Shown: one piece after another, positions 35,387-49,241 of the stretch
How the letters are laid out: every line of letters begins with the position of its first letter
Numbering within the stretch: position 1 is the stretch's first letter
NCBI RefSeq assembly: GCF_963506605.1
Contig: NC_083285.1
Span: forward strand, 16,616,001-16,680,000
Length of the DNA stretch: 64,000 bases
Direction: 5' to 3'
Origin: Zootoca vivipara
Lineage: Eukaryota
Program-made: the position numbers and the translations under genes
The notes under the pieces: generated by a model
The model's database searches: none
Seen by the model: the letters and a program-made list of their open reading frames with translations, nothing else
What the model was told of the DNA's origin: nothing

Positions 35387-37105
35387 CATGTCATTGGTCA
35401 CAAAATTCCTGGTCTTGCAGAGCAGTGTAAGGTGTTGCAGCACCACAGAGTGAGCAAAGTATGCCAATAGCACAGAGGTTTTCAACCTTTTTGAGTCCAC
35501 GGCTCCCTTGACCAGCTACATTCTTTCTGCGGCACCCCTGTGGGGCTCAGGAGCCCAGTTATGTCACCCCTTGTCTGCAGAGCTGGCAGAGCCTCTCACC
35601 TCTTTTCAAACACCCTTCTTTGTGGAGCGTTCCCTCAGCCGCCTCTCCTCTCTCTTTGGGAGGCAGAGACGCAACAGGGCATCAGAGGAAGGGCAGGAAG
35701 GAAAGAGGAACAGTGGCACCCCTGACCTTCATTCGAGGCACCCCAGGGTGCCACGGCATACTGGTTGAAAACTACTGCAATAGTGACCTTTGCACTCTGT
35801 ATTTGCACTCCCTTTGTGAGAACTCCAGTCCATAAGTGGACAACCCACTAGCTTGCAGACAGGCACACTCACAATTCTATTCTCTGTTTCCCCTTTCCAG
35901 TTTTGCTCGATAACTATAAATCCCTTTATGTTGACATGGCTGCAGAAATATATTTTGTCTCCTTAATTCTGAAATAAATAATCCTACGCCGGTTAACAAA
36001 GCAGCTTGTCAGATCTTAGACTTGCAAGTCAAATGGCTCTGTTTGAGAAGCACTTTTCAAATAGTGCCTTTAAAAAGTTTCCAGTGACTTAGATAGTGTA
36101 TCTTAAATATTTGAAAGTGCCGTAGATCTTTTTGTTTAAAATGCACTCCTTAAGTAAATATTCATAAAACGGAGTTTTAATGGCTCTTAATTAGCTGTTT
36201 AATCCAGCTTCATTAGCTTTATAAAGGAGAACTTAACCACTGTAGTTCTTTGGAGAATCATTCGTGTTTATCGAGGCATGTATAGACAGTGAGTAAAACT
36301 ATTTAAAAGGAAAATTAGATATTTTTTTCCAGCAATTTATCAGAGATAATTACCCTGTGTACACTGGAAGGGGGGAGAAAGATAGTGTTTTAAAGAACTG
36401 TAATTCTAATTGGTAAATGTCACCAGCTGTTGCAGTTATCATTCTTGTGTATATTCTTCTAATGATTAGAGTCTCATGCTACAAGCTACATGAAAATATA
36501 TTCACTAGGTGTGAAATTCCCATATGTCACAAATTAGGTAAACATTTCCAAGAAAAAGGGAGAAAGATTGCTAATGGGAATTCCCCCCCCCAAAGAATCG
36601 ACTGCTTTCAGACTATCTCTTTTTTTAAAAAGAAAAAACAACAACAACTAACTTGAAACCAAATATGTATGTTTCACTAAAGATATTAAACAGAAATTTG
36701 TTGGGAAGAATTGCTCCTCAACATAATACTAGCTCCCAAACTCTTTTCATTTCTGATGCTGATCACAATTTGGTTTCGTTTTTCCTCCTTGTGAAATCCC
36801 CCGAAAACATTGCTGTAACGTACATAATGTTGAAATACTGCTACACCTTCAGTTTAAATTAGGGTTGCCATATTTCAAACAGTGAAAACCTGGGCTGGAC
36901 AGAAAAGTTGTTGAGCTTTTATTGGCCAAAGTTCTTGAGCTTCTTAGGCAAATCAAGATTTAAAAAAATGAGGTATTTTAATGCAAAAATGATACTTATT
37001 AGATATGCCACGTTCTATACAAAGCACAAAAAGTGCCATTGTCCTCCTCTCAAGAGAGGTTGTGACATAATTTGGGGGTTTTTTCCCCGATGTGCTGAAA
37101 TAGGG

Positions 37106-37195
37106 CATAGCTGCCAAGTTTTCCCTTTTCTCGCGAGGAAGCCTATTCAGCATAAGGGAAAATCCCTTTAAAAAAGGGATAACTTGGCAGCTATG
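37106..37195. mobile_element. 90-bp hAT MITE
   Basis: TIR CATAGCTGCCAAGTT, 8-bp TSD AAATAGGG. Confidence 0.85.
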
Positions 37196-37492
37196 AAATA
37201 GGGACCTCATTAAAAGTGTTGAACACAGAGTGCTCCTGATTCCTTTAGTCATGGTTAAGAGAGTAAGCTATGAGATACCCTCCCCTCTCCTCTTCCTGGC
37301 TTCCCCCCGACTGGAGTTAACTATGGTTACATCAGAGCATTAAACCATGGCTAAAGCTAACCAGTATTTGCACTAAAGCTTCCCAGCATACCCTGTTAAT
37401 CAGAGTTAATAGTTAAGAACAATGTTGACTTAAGCATTAACATAGTTAAAAGTGTAATTGGAAAGAGGAACAACTGCAAAGACCCACAATCC

Positions 37493-37527
<35 letters not shown>

Positions 37528-37539
37528 CGTATTAAATAC

Positions 37540-38355
37540 ATGACAAAGCATCAAACATTAAAAACTTCCCTAAACAGGGCTGCCTTCAGATGTCTTCTAA
37601 ATGTCAGATAGTTGTTTATTTCCTTGACATCTGGATGGGAGGACATTCCATAGGGCGGGCGCCACTACAGAGAAGACCCTCTGCCTGGTTCCCTGTAACC
37701 TCACTTCTTGCCGTGAGGGAACCACCAGAAGGCCCTCAGAGCTAGACCTCAGTGTCCAGGCTGAACGATGGAGGTGGAGATGCTCCTTCAGGTATACTGG
37801 TCTGAGGCCATTTAGGGCTTTAAAGGTCAGCACCGACACTTTGAATTGTGCTTGGAAACATACTGGGAGCCAATGTAGGCCTTTCAAGACCTATGCTATG
37901 TGGTCTTGGCGGCCACTGCCAGTCACCAGTCTAGCTGCCACATTCTGGATTGGTTGCAGTTTCTGGGTCACCTTCAAAGGTATCCCCACAAAGAGTGCAT
38001 TGCAGTAGTCCAAGCGGGAGATAACCAGAGCATGCACCACTCTGGCGAGACAGTCCATGGGCAGGTAGGGTCTCAGCCTGCGTACCAGATGGAGCTGGTA
38101 GACAGCTGCCCTGGACACAGAATTAACCTGCACTTCCATGGACAGCTGTGAGTTCAAAATGACTCCCAGGCTGCGCACTTGGTCCTTCAGGGGCAGTTAC
38201 CCCATTCAGGACCAGGGAGTCCTCCATACCCACCTGCTCCCTGTCCCCCCAAAACAGTACTGTCTTGCCAGGATTCAACCTCAATCTGTTAGCCGCCATC
38301 CATCCTCCAACCGCCTCCAGGCACTCACAGAGGACCTTCACCGCCTTCACCGACC
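37540..38355 (-). mobile_element. L2 LINE 3' portion (frameshifted ORF2)
   Basis: RLRLNPGKT, HALVISRLDYCNAL, LHWLPV; adjacent (CAA)n at 37492-37528. Confidence 0.9.
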
Positions 38356-39687
38356 TTTTAACCATTTAAGGTGTGATACACCCACCTTGTCTCAATCATG
38401 GTTACTGGTTTTCAGAAGGAATTTGAAAACGTTCCTGTTAATCCAGGCATTTGATGACTGGACACCTTTCTTGGCAATCTTGAGATTATTGAATGAGAGA
38501 ACATTTTTTGACCGTTTTAACTGTTTTAGAGGTGTTTAACTGTAACTGTGTTTAGAATACTTCTTTAAAAATAGCTTGCTGTGAATGTGTTTGACGCCGT
38601 GGACCCTTTCAGAAGGAAGGGTGGGATACCAACAACAACAACAATGGTTTTTTCAGCCAGAGCTCACCGGAACTCAGTTCCGGCACCTCTCAGGTGGGCA
38701 CCATTGCCATTATAAGAGGCTGCCAGTTCTGTAGGCGAGGGATGACCTAACTGGGCTCCTGAGCACCACAGGGGTGCTGAAGAAAGAATGTAGTTGGTCA
38801 AGGAATCCATGGACTCAAAAAGGTTGAAAACCTCTGCCCTAGGGTCTTCATCCTGCCAACACTTTGAAACTTTTCAGGTCAGGCAAGTGAAGAAATAATG
38901 AAAGCCTGTTGAATTCGCCTAAAGTTTCTCCTCCAAACTACCGTATGTTACAGTATGTGAATTCCTCAGTCTCAAACTTTGTTGATTCCAAGACCAACCT
39001 GGGGTGGGGCAGGGAAGGAGGGAGAACAGTAAAAAGTACCGTGTGTTTTCTTGACTTGTAATGTATCCATCTTTTGTTTTCATATCCATGCTATGCTACT
39101 ATACATCCAGACTGCAGACCACAACTGTGTATGTATGGATGAGTAAATATAATGGACTTTAATATATATATTTTTCATAGTATTGCGCATGAAACGTCTC
39201 ATGGTATTTATAGAATCCTTTTCATTCACAATCAAATTATGGCATTTTCCTCCCACTACCGTGCACTGCTATGTTTTTCTTTTTCTTTCCGTATGATTGC
39301 CTCTGTGTGTCAGCACCTGCAAAATACACATCTGGAAAGAAAATATATATCAGTGACACTTGGAACATGCATTATTGTATTCATTGGGAGGTGGGGGTGG
39401 GGAGGGAAGCTCTTTGAAAACAGACCAGAGTCTGCTTCTGTTAGAAGAACCGGACTCCATGTTCACCAAATTTGAATTCCAGACCTGCTGTAAATTTCTG
39501 TCAAATCTGATACGGATTTTGGATGAGACAAAACAATGTGCATATGTGCATGTTTTTATTCTCATTATTATTTGTATAAATGTGTTTTTATCTGAAGAAT
39601 AAGATTTATCACACAATGCAAGTTATACCTCTGTGGTCTTTCCTCCTGCCCCCACCCCCAATCTTTCTTTCTCTCCCCCTCTCACAG

Positions 39688-39795
39688 AAACCGGGGATGG
39701 ATCTAGCAGACACTTACATAACGTTTGTTCGTCAGAACCAAGACATACTTCGTGATAAGGTCAATGAAGAAATGTACATAGAAAAGCTGTTTGAT
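39688..39795 (+). CDS. CADPS2: CADPS2 coding exon ([36 protein letters not shown])
   Basis: ctcacag acceptor and GAT|gtaagt donor; 108 nt. Confidence 0.95.
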
Positions 39796-40605
39796 GTAAG
39801 TAGCTGTCTGAATCTTAAGTGGTCTGTCTTGAATATTACGAGCTGCTCTTTCGGGCTGCAACTGCAGAGCAAGATGCTTGTTTTTGTTGGTTATTGACGC
39901 GTTAATAAAGCAGCCTTAACTATTCTATACCCAAGAGGTATACTGGTTGACAAAAATTTAATATAAAGATACTAGGGCTATGCTGTCATTGTAACTTCAC
40001 CCTATCTTAAAAGAGAGAGAGAGAGAGCTGCCACAAAATAGAGGGTCTTGGGAACTCTGAAATATTGCTTTTCCTGATGGTGGTGGTGGTGGTGATGGTG
40101 ATGATGGGATGTTTTGGTGAATCCTCTCTGCCCTCTGATCTTAAATAGATGAAATTATCACAGTGGTTCACATAACTGATTGCTATATCCTATGCTGGTC
40201 CAAGCAGGGCAAATCCATTCTGCTTTTCTCTCTATCAGCTGTCAATAGTTCCCTTCCAATAGTACGTGGCCAGATATCCAGTATGTGGGGCTTTAGATGA
40301 AATATCTTTTAGATGGTATGTACATGAATTGTTCTCAGTTTGGTCATCTCCTTCCAATCTCTCCTAAACCGTGTGCTTTGCACAAGCCCATTGTGTATGT
40401 TTATTCAGAGCCTCTTGCCCCCCCCCACCTACAGCTGAAAAACTGCCCCCAGATTGGCTTGCAAATAGAATTAAGACGGTCCCTGCCCTCAGACTCACAA
40501 TCTAAAAACCACAGCACGTAAGGATATGGGACGAGGATGTGGGAAACTAACTCGCGGGCTAGTTCTTAGTTCTTGCAATGGCCGGCTGGAATGGCAACAT
40601 TTTGT

Positions 40606-40633
40606 GAAGAAGAAGAAGAAGAAGAAGAAGAAG

Positions 40634-40663
<30 letters not shown>
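40606..40663. repeat. (GAA)n microsatellite
   Basis: Direct observation. Other microsatellites: (TG)n 10362-10397, (TAT)n 31057-31083 and 34412-34458, (GT)n 50171-50202, (CA)n 51389-51430, (AAT)n 51685-51730, (GAT)n 51986-52011. Confidence 0.95.
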
Positions 40664-40664
<1 letters not shown>

Positions 40665-40859
40665 TGCTGCTGGTGACTCAGCAGAGCCAACAGATTCTTC
40701 CTGTGCTCACCTATCCCCCTTTGCTGTAGTCTGAGAGTTTGGCCGCAACTAGATAACAGTTGAGACACTCATACTTCAGACTTGCACTTTGGATTTCCAT
40801 GGATGGGTGTCCCTCCTGGATGTCACGAGTGCTCACACGAAGATGAAACTCCTAAATGT

Positions 40860-41155
40860 CATACCTGCCAAGTTCCTGCCAGAAAAATAAGGGATCAGCA
40901 GACCGGAAGTAGTGCTGCCGCCATTCTGGAACTGGCCGGAGCAGCATTGAAAGTCGCTTCTGAGCATGCTCCGCCCAGTTCCAAAATGGCCACCGTGCCA
41001 GAAATCACTTCTGCGCATGTCCAGAGACTCCAGACATACGCAGAAGGAGCCTCCCCCGGCCGGTAAGTAAATTTGGGGGGGGGAATCTGTTTCCAGCTGG
41101 GAACGGCTGGAAAAACGGGGGTTTCCCGGGGAATACGGGAGACTTGGCAGCTATG
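40860..41155. mobile_element. Longer hAT MITE with related TIRs
   Basis: CATACCTGCCAAGT...ACTTGGCAGCTATG. Confidence 0.7.
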
Positions 41156-41995
41156 AAATGTGAGTCCACCTTTCACTTTCAACATTCCCTGCCTTGCTGT
41201 CCATCCCTCCTGCTCTGTCTTTGCATTGTCGTCCTCCTAATGCAAAGTGGCCACAGACACACTTTCAGTGTAGAGCTCTGTAAACTGCCCTGTGATCTTC
41301 GGATGAAGGCCAGTATGCAATTTTTTTAAAAAAGCATAAATAAATGAGCAACCTCTTGAACCATCTACACATATATGCTTGCACTGGTTTGTACAGGCCG
41401 TTCTTCTGTGATCTATTTCCTCGAGGTGTTGCAAACTTCAGCCCCTCGACTCTCCCCACTGAGAGCTGTGATCCCGATATTTTTTTTAAAAAAATAGTTT
41501 TATTAAAGTTTTTGGGGGTTGCAAAACAGGTAAACAGGGAAAGGTATCACCTATCATCTCTACTTTGAAGTGATGGAGTCTTTTTCACAGTTCATTTACA
41601 TTTAGTGAGAGACACTTTGGTCATAGACATCTTTCAGCTGAGGGGAAAGAGGGGGAAGATGTTATTTTGCTCTGTTGTGTATAGTGTTGGGGTTTGTGTC
41701 AGCATCATGTGGGTTGGTCCTTTGTTTATATATATATTTATTTATATTGATATTGCAAGAGATTGGGGGTCCAGAGCTTGGTTGGTTGCATTCAGTTGAT
41801 TGCAGTATGGCTTTTTGCAGGGGGGGGGGGGCGGGGAGCTAGGTTGTTGGGTTGTTGGGTCAGGTTAGCCAGATTTATTTGTGTGCTGTTGGGGGGGGGA
41901 TAGATTGTCTCATAGTGCTGTGTATGTGATAAGTATGAAGGCTTGTTCGTGTGCTAGTCAAAGTTTGTTGGTTTGTTGGTTAACTTCTCTATAGG

Positions 41996-42502
41996 TGTCA
42001 GGCTTTGGGGAATTGGCTTCCTCCCCCATGGCAGTAAATAAAAGGATCAAATGAAAGGAATGCCTTACCAGTTAGATTCTTTAATCATCACAGTGAAAGA
42101 TCAAAGAACATGTCTACCTAGAAATGGTGGTGCTCCCAGTTAAGGATTACTCCCCCATTCCATCCCAATTAATCTACATCACTCCTACATTTTGTAATCT
42201 GAGCTTGTACCCTCTGTGCTTTCTGTTCTAACACATTCTGAGCTCTTCGTGTTTTTGGAGAAGGGGTGAATGCTGTCCAGAGACTGTGAATCTGTTAACT
42301 CTCTCTCTCTTCTAGTATTTCTTCTGCTAGCTGTTCCCCATCCAGTATTCCCCAGCTTCTGCCTTCTGAACTATGTCCCTCTGCAAACCACTGTTCCAAA
42401 TCTATACTGTCTTCCTGCTCCTGAGAAGATTCAGGATCAGGGGGAGGGGATGGCTCCCACCATTCTTCCTCAGTGCAGCCCTCCTCAGCATGGTCCCTGA
42501 CA
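41996..42502 (-). mobile_element. Gypsy-type solo LTR (507 bp)
   Basis: TGTCAGG...CCTGACA termini, TSD ATAGG/ATGGG, homologous to 22115-22533. Confidence 0.8.
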
Positions 42503-42755
42503 ATGGGGCGGTTTCCCATACATTTTGGTACCAGTGGTCTATGTTCACTCCAGGAAATCTCCAAAATGACAAAACAGGCAATAGAAGCAACCCCAGAACT
42601 AGCCCTATTAAATATCTTCCAGGACAGCAACATACGACAAGGAACTCATAAGTCACTTGCTCTCAGAAGCTAGAAATATCATAACTGTGATCCCATTTTG
42701 TGTGTATTTAGAGCACTGAGCACATCAGTCTGGGCAAGCCCAGACTCCTCTAGCA

Positions 42756-42844
42756 CATAGCTGCCAAGTTTTCCCTTTTCTCACGAGGAAGCCTATTCAG
42801 CATAAGGGAATTTCCCTTAAAAAAGGGAGAACTTGGCAGCTATG
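42756..42844. mobile_element. 89-bp hAT MITE (same family as 37106-37195)
   Basis: TIR CATAGCTGCCAAGTT, 8-bp TSD CTCTAGCA. Confidence 0.85.
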
Positions 42845-45800
42845 CTCTAGCAGCCTCTCCTAAGATTGTTGGAGAAGTCTACCTTCCTTCTGCAGTTTAC
42901 TATGGTCAGTTCCTGCACCGGGTCTGAATTCGCTTTACCATTTGCCACAGCAGTGGATCTTTATTTATGTTCCATCTCCACGGCATTTTAGAAAGCTTTT
43001 CTGGCAGTTTCGTTTAATTATGCAAGTTGCCGCAAATGTTTTCACAACAGCGATTCACAGCCTTTGCGGTGACACTTCGCTTGCGGTAGTTTGCGGAAGG
43101 TCTCGCTTCGCAAGACTCTCCGGTGCGGGTATGTCGTGTCGCCATTTGTCGTCTGTTAGTTTGACTGCTCGAAAGGAACTTGACTTTAGTGCTCAGTCCC
43201 TTTCCTTACAGACACTTCCGAGCGGTTCTAAAGTTATTTTTGAAAAGTATCATCTGTTTTAATAAGCTAAGTGTTAATATGTGTGAAGGAACGGTTTTTA
43301 TTTATTTATTTGCGAAAGCTACGATGCCTTGCAGAGGTAAAAAGGGAGGGGGGAAACAACCCCATCCTTCCAGCTGGCATTTTTACAAAGTACCAGAGAC
43401 ATATTAGCAACTTCTGCATCAGTTTGGTGTTGCAGCGGGATCTGCAAGCATATGGTTCATTTCTTAGGCTTTCTGCCTGCTTGCACTGTGATTTCTCTCT
43501 CTCCAAATGTTTAAAAATTAGATAGGAACCTTGATAGAGATTTCAGTGGGCATTGGGCCAGATCCATAGCACTTGCTCCTGCAATGTACTGAGCACTGAT
43601 TCTGTGCTAAAATACATTTTTTAAAAAAACACAGGCATATAAAATGGCACCCAGTAGTTGGGAAAGTTAAGCTGCTCTTGTTTTTCTGTACAGTACACAT
43701 CTAATAATTCACTGGATCATCCCCAATGCTTTAACAAAGATTTTGGGCTCTGCCATCGCGGAGCTCAATCAAGTCTGCAGATTAGGAAGACTTGGATTTC
43801 TTCCATTTTTAAACCATTCTCCTTCAGTTGACGAGGGGGAGGATAAATTCTTTTACCATCTTTGACGAGATTTGGATAAATTCTTTTACCGTAGGTAGTT
43901 TGCAAGGGCGGACATGGATGGGGTTTATGATTGTCCTTTCATTCTACAAATTGTCTCTCTGGTGGTCTTTGTTCTTCTTCAGCTTTCCTAGGGTTTCCAA
44001 GCTTCCAGAAAACCCCATGATGCCCTCAGATGGACTTTCCTAGAATCACAGGGAGCTGGGGAGGCTGTCTACCACGCTGCTTATTGTTTTTCTGAGTGAA
44101 TTATTTTTCCTTTCCAAACAAATTGGCGCATAAAGGGTTTTTTTTGGGGGGGGTAAGCAAAAAGAAAGGTTTTCCTTAAAGAAAATCACCAAGGACACTG
44201 ATATCGGCTCCCTCTCCAACTTCCCATGCTTAAATGGAAGCCCAGGAGAAGACACCAGGAGTTAACTCCTCTCATGGGGCCTTTTCAGATCAGGAAATGT
44301 ATGTGGGCAAGAAAGAAAGGGAAAGAAAAACACAAACATCATTGTTGTCCACCTTGTGATGACAAGGTAAAGTCAGCCCCACAACACAGAAATCAGAAAG
44401 GCATTCTAAAGCACCCCGTAATTGAGTCAGGCACAACTTTTTCAGGAGACAGAAGATGAACTGAGGGACACAATCTGCTAATTTCTTTCTTTTCCATGCC
44501 TATTTTTTATTTTGAATGTTAGCATCTCATGACCTCATTTCTGCACAATCATGCACTTGCTCAAATCAGTAAGGAAGACCTCATGAAAAGTTTTTTTGAA
44601 GAAATGGTTTGACTGGATAAGCTGAATACAAGAGAAACAGAAAGCACTGCTCTTCGATATACTGTAATAATATTGGTTGTTGGGCTTCCTCAGCGTTTGT
44701 TACGCCGTAACTCTGCTGGAATCAACAACTGTGACTTTGATTTGTGTTGGCAACCAAGGAGTATTGCTGCTATGACCAGAAAAGAAGTTGCAAGTATGCC
44801 TGTGGAGTTAACACCGAAGTGAATGGGTTTGTTCCAAAACAAGTACAAATTCAGTTCCTGTTTTTTCTTCTTCTACAAATAGCCTCTATACCTAATAATA
44901 GGCTTCTATGAAGTATATATGTTAGGTAATAAAGTAGCACTTAATACTATCTAAGTCACTGGCCAATAGGGTTGCCATACGTCTGGAATTTGCAGAGACA
45001 TATCCAGAATAAAGCAGCGTCCAGGTGGAAATCAGCTAAATGTCCGGGGAAATCCGGACATATGGCAGCTCGTGTCGGCAGTGTCGTTTTTGCTGGTTTT
45101 CCTCAGAAATTGCTCAAAAACGTCCAATTTCGTTTCTGTCTGGATTTTTACTTTTTGAAACATGGCAACCCTACTGGCTTAGGTTGCCCATAATGACAAA
45201 CCATTGTTTAGTACTTTATGGGAAAGAATCTGTACCTCTTTCCCTACCCCCTCCTCTGACTTTTGCTTTGATATTTGTTTTATCTTGTTCAATCAAGCCA
45301 GGATCAAACTTTTCAGGGCCTGCCCAAGTCTCATGTCTTGCAGCACGAAACTATAGTCTAGCATTACATGTCAAACAGACCATTGACTAAATTGACTCAC
45401 ATGCCAGAGTTATTAGGACAAGTCCCTAATGTGGGGCCTGGCCACTCCTGAAGCAGTCTAGCTTGCGTGAATGAGTCACTGCAATCACATAGAACTTCCA
45501 CCTTAAGTCAGACAAACAGGGCTTTCCAGTAGATGGAGTTTACCTGTTCAGCAGTGAGATGCCATGGTGGAAGCTAGGAGGCGATTGGGGAGGGAATAGG
45601 AAAACATAGATCAGGTAACGGTCTTTGTGCTGGACCACAGCCTTCTGGTGTTGATTCTTACCTGGGACTTGCAAGCTGCTGGCATCATCCTGTATGGGTC
45701 TGGATCTCTGAATGTGCCCAGCAAAGACCATGCCTATTAACTGCACTTACTAAGCAGCAAGAGAACTCACAGGAGGAAGGAGCACACTGTTCTCTTCCCT

Positions 45801-47340
45801 CCTTCTCTTCCCCCTTAACTAACCCTCTCACCCACCAGCTCCATCCTCTGCACAGGGAAGAGCTGGTTTGTAGCCAAACTCCTATGAGCCATGGTGAGGA
45901 AAAAACAGCTTTTAGGCTTTTCTTTATTGGGGCCAGGCATTAAAGGGCAACTCATCTTTACATGGGCATTTAAATGGGGTGGGAAGGAGGAGAGTCACGC
46001 TCTATTCACCCCTGGCTACAAACTAAATTATGCTAGACTTCCCTCCCAAAGGAGCTGAGGCAAGTGTCATCCTTGATGGGCTTTAGGTGGGCAGTGAAAG
46101 CATATTTATTCCATGCGACTTCTAATCTATGGCTGTTTTAACTGTGTCCGTTTTGGCTTGTATCCAATGTGGTGCTAAGTCAGCGTCCCATCAGCACAAT
46201 AATTCCCGCTTGCACAAGAGGACTTCCCCCTCACCCTCCAGAAATCTGCTCTGGGTGGCTGGGATAAAGCCCAGGACAGATGCCGGGGTCCTGTGTCAGG
46301 GATAAGGGGGGAGGAATCCCATTGCACAAGCCAGAATCCTTATGCATACTTAGCACTGCATTGGATGCAAGCCTCCAGTTTAAAGTTTTTAGTTTTAACT
46401 ATAACTTTGGTTACTTGGTTGTGTTTTTTTGCTTGGGGGTTTTACATGATCTACTTCAGCAGCCCACGTTAGGGCTGAAAAGTGGCCTAAAAAGTAAACA
46501 TTTGAGTTGCCTGGCTCCAAAACAGTACTCTCTAAAATCCATGGAACTGGGCTAAGAAATTGCTATGGATCTGTTGCATCGCACTGGAGAACTCAGTCCC
46601 CTGTGCTTTTTTAAAGGGCTTTTGTTGTAGCTATTGGCAAACCGACACCTCCAATTGTGAAAGCCGTGTCGATGTGCTTCGGCTGTCTCTACAACACACA
46701 CTGTGACAGCAGTTTTTATCTTGCCACTTTCTCCTCCACAATAACAGCGGTAAGAGCTCTCTCACAAAGCTCACCCTAGTTGGTTAAACACAGATTCACA
46801 TTCCTGGGTGAAATATTAACAATGCGCCACCATCTCTACCTGTTCCTATGGAGTTTTAATTGGCATTCGGCTTAGTAAATGAGATGCTAAAGTAAACGAC
46901 TTAAAAAATAAAATTAGCTGGTGTTAACCTGGTCATGTGGCAAAGGTGAATGTTGCTCATTAAAAATGTTATTTCTGTGGTAAACATGCTTTCTGATCCA
47001 CATATATGCTTCTTTCCCTGAAATAATAATGCTTCTTCACATTTCTTTGGGTTACATATCAGTTTGACATATTGTCATTTGTACAATAAATAGGAAGATA
47101 ATGTCTGTTATGAAAAGGAGAGGAGGTGTCAAGTAAAGTAGAAGAATGCTATTTCTTGCAAGTCTTGGGTGCTCTACATTTTTTTAAAAAGGGATCTCTG
47201 TGGGCCCACCAGATGTGTGTTTAATTTACAAAAACGAAAGTGCAGTTTCAGGCTCTTGGAATAGTTAAGGCATTGCTAATTAATGTCACGCGATAATGAG
47301 TGATGCTTAGTGATGCTGGATCCGACCCAAGTCCATCAGT

Positions 47341-47440
47341 CATAGAATCATAGAATTGTAGAGTTGGAAAGTACCCCGAGGGTTACTTAATGCGACCCCC
47401 TACAATGCAGGAATCTTAGCTAAATTATACATGACAGGCA
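47341..47440 (-). mobile_element. CR1 LINE 3' terminal fragment
   Basis: catagaatcatagaattgtagagttgg. Confidence 0.7.
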
Positions 47441-48882
47441 TCCCCCTTACGCACAATAGACTCTCGTGTGTGACCACGTATTCGCACGGCATCGGGAAAT
47501 AAACTCTAACCAGAAATTGTGTGTGTGAGAGAGATGGAAAGTCCTCGTGGCTTGCAAGGAGACCCTCCCCAGAGCCCCAAGAGGAAGTCAGCCAAAAGTC
47601 AAGAAGAAAATGATGCATGGGAACATTCTTCTTATAGCTGGTCTAATAGGAAATGACTGTTGATCCACCTGTGGACTGTTGGCTGCCTTCTGTCGAGCTG
47701 GACAGAAATGATGCTGGTAATAATATATAGGTTTTGAAACCACCTTAGTCAAGAAGAGCAACTTGCCCAATTGCTGTAGGCCTTGTTTCTCAGCCTCTTT
47801 CTTTTTGCATGTTTTCAGCTTGCAAAATGAAGCTTATTTTGAATATAAATTGCATCAAAAGATATTGAAACCAAGTTGGTGGATGTACTGTACTGCATGT
47901 ATTCTACGGTTGTCCATCCTAACCATAGAAAGCATGGATTCACCAATCTCGATTATCACAAAATGGACTTAGAATGTATGGGTTGGAAGTATAAGAGATA
48001 GATTCCAATGAAATACAGAGGGAGAGGGAGGGGGGAGAGAGAGGGATATATATAATTACAGTGTAATAATTGAGCACAAGTTGTCCCTTTCTTTCTGCCC
48101 AAGCTTTCAAATGTGGCCAATGGAGTTTTCTTCCATTTGGAGGGTCAACCTACACTACTAACTTTGTCCTGATTAAACAGCTGTTTTGCAAAAGCTTAGT
48201 GTGATCATGGCTTCATTTTTTCCAGTAGTTGCAATCACAGAAATTGCTGCTGGCTCTCCACATGTTCACGCTAGCTAGTCTCCATGCAGTCATACATATG
48301 AATACGTAGAAAAATCCAACCGTTCAAATTGGCTCTTAGTTTAAATGCAGCCCCTGCAACACGTTTGGTCAGAAACTTTGTCGCTAAGCTGTGTACGTCT
48401 TTTGAGTACCTCCAGTGATCCCCTCCTCCATAGTCCATTTCCATGTGTAACCCACCCTATCTCTAGGGATTGGAGTAGTTAACAGTATGCCCAATTAAAA
48501 TGTGAAATACCATATGCCCAGAATAGATTAAAGGAACTCTGCAGCTGTTGAACCTCAGGCCTTACGACACACTTGAAAACCTAAAAGAATCATCATATTT
48601 CTGGAAAATATTCTTGGCTTGGTTGAGTTTCCAAAAGGCAAGGGCCAGCCACAAGAACACTTCTCTAAACTCCCTTGCCTTGCTGTTCCAACTTTGAAGC
48701 TGCACATCTGAGTGCCAAGATGTTAGTAGCTTGTGGGAGCAGGACCAGTGCGGCCTTCCCAAAAGATCTTGTTCAAATGTTGGCCAGGGGGGGTTGGGGT
48801 AGCTACGCCATTTAAGCAACTTAAAAGCTGCCCCCGAGAATGGTCCTTTCCCTTCCTCACTACTACTACTACTACTGCTACT

Positions 48883-49241
48883 AGGTAAAGGGGCCCCTGA
48901 CCATCAGGTCCAGTCATGTCCGACTCTGGGGTTGCGGCGCTCATCTCGCTCTATAGGCCGAGGGAGCCGGCGTTTGTCCGCAGACAGCTTCCGGGTCATG
49001 TGGCCAGCATGACAAAGCTGCTTCTGACGAACCAGAGCAGTGCACGGAAACGCCGTTTACCTTCCCGCCGGAGCGGTCCCTATTTATCTACTTGCACTTT
49101 GATGTGCTTTCAAACTGCTAGGTGGGCAGGAGCTGGGACCGAGCAACGGGAGCTCACCCCGTCGCGGGGATTCGAACCGCCGACCTTCTGATCAGCAAGC
49201 CCTAGACTCTGTGGTTTAACCCACATCGCCACCTGGGTCCC
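48883..49241 (-). mobile_element. Sauria SINE, full length
   Basis: Reverse complement of the 19567 family; B box; TSD CTACTACTGCTACT. Confidence 0.9.

Noticed and set aside
988-39795. CADPS (CAPS1) as the gene identity
   Set aside because: Diagnostic peptides ([29 protein letters not shown]) match CAPS2.
42946-42990. cacag|CAGTGG acceptor starting with QW
   Set aside because: Continues QWIFIYVP, unrelated to CAPS2.
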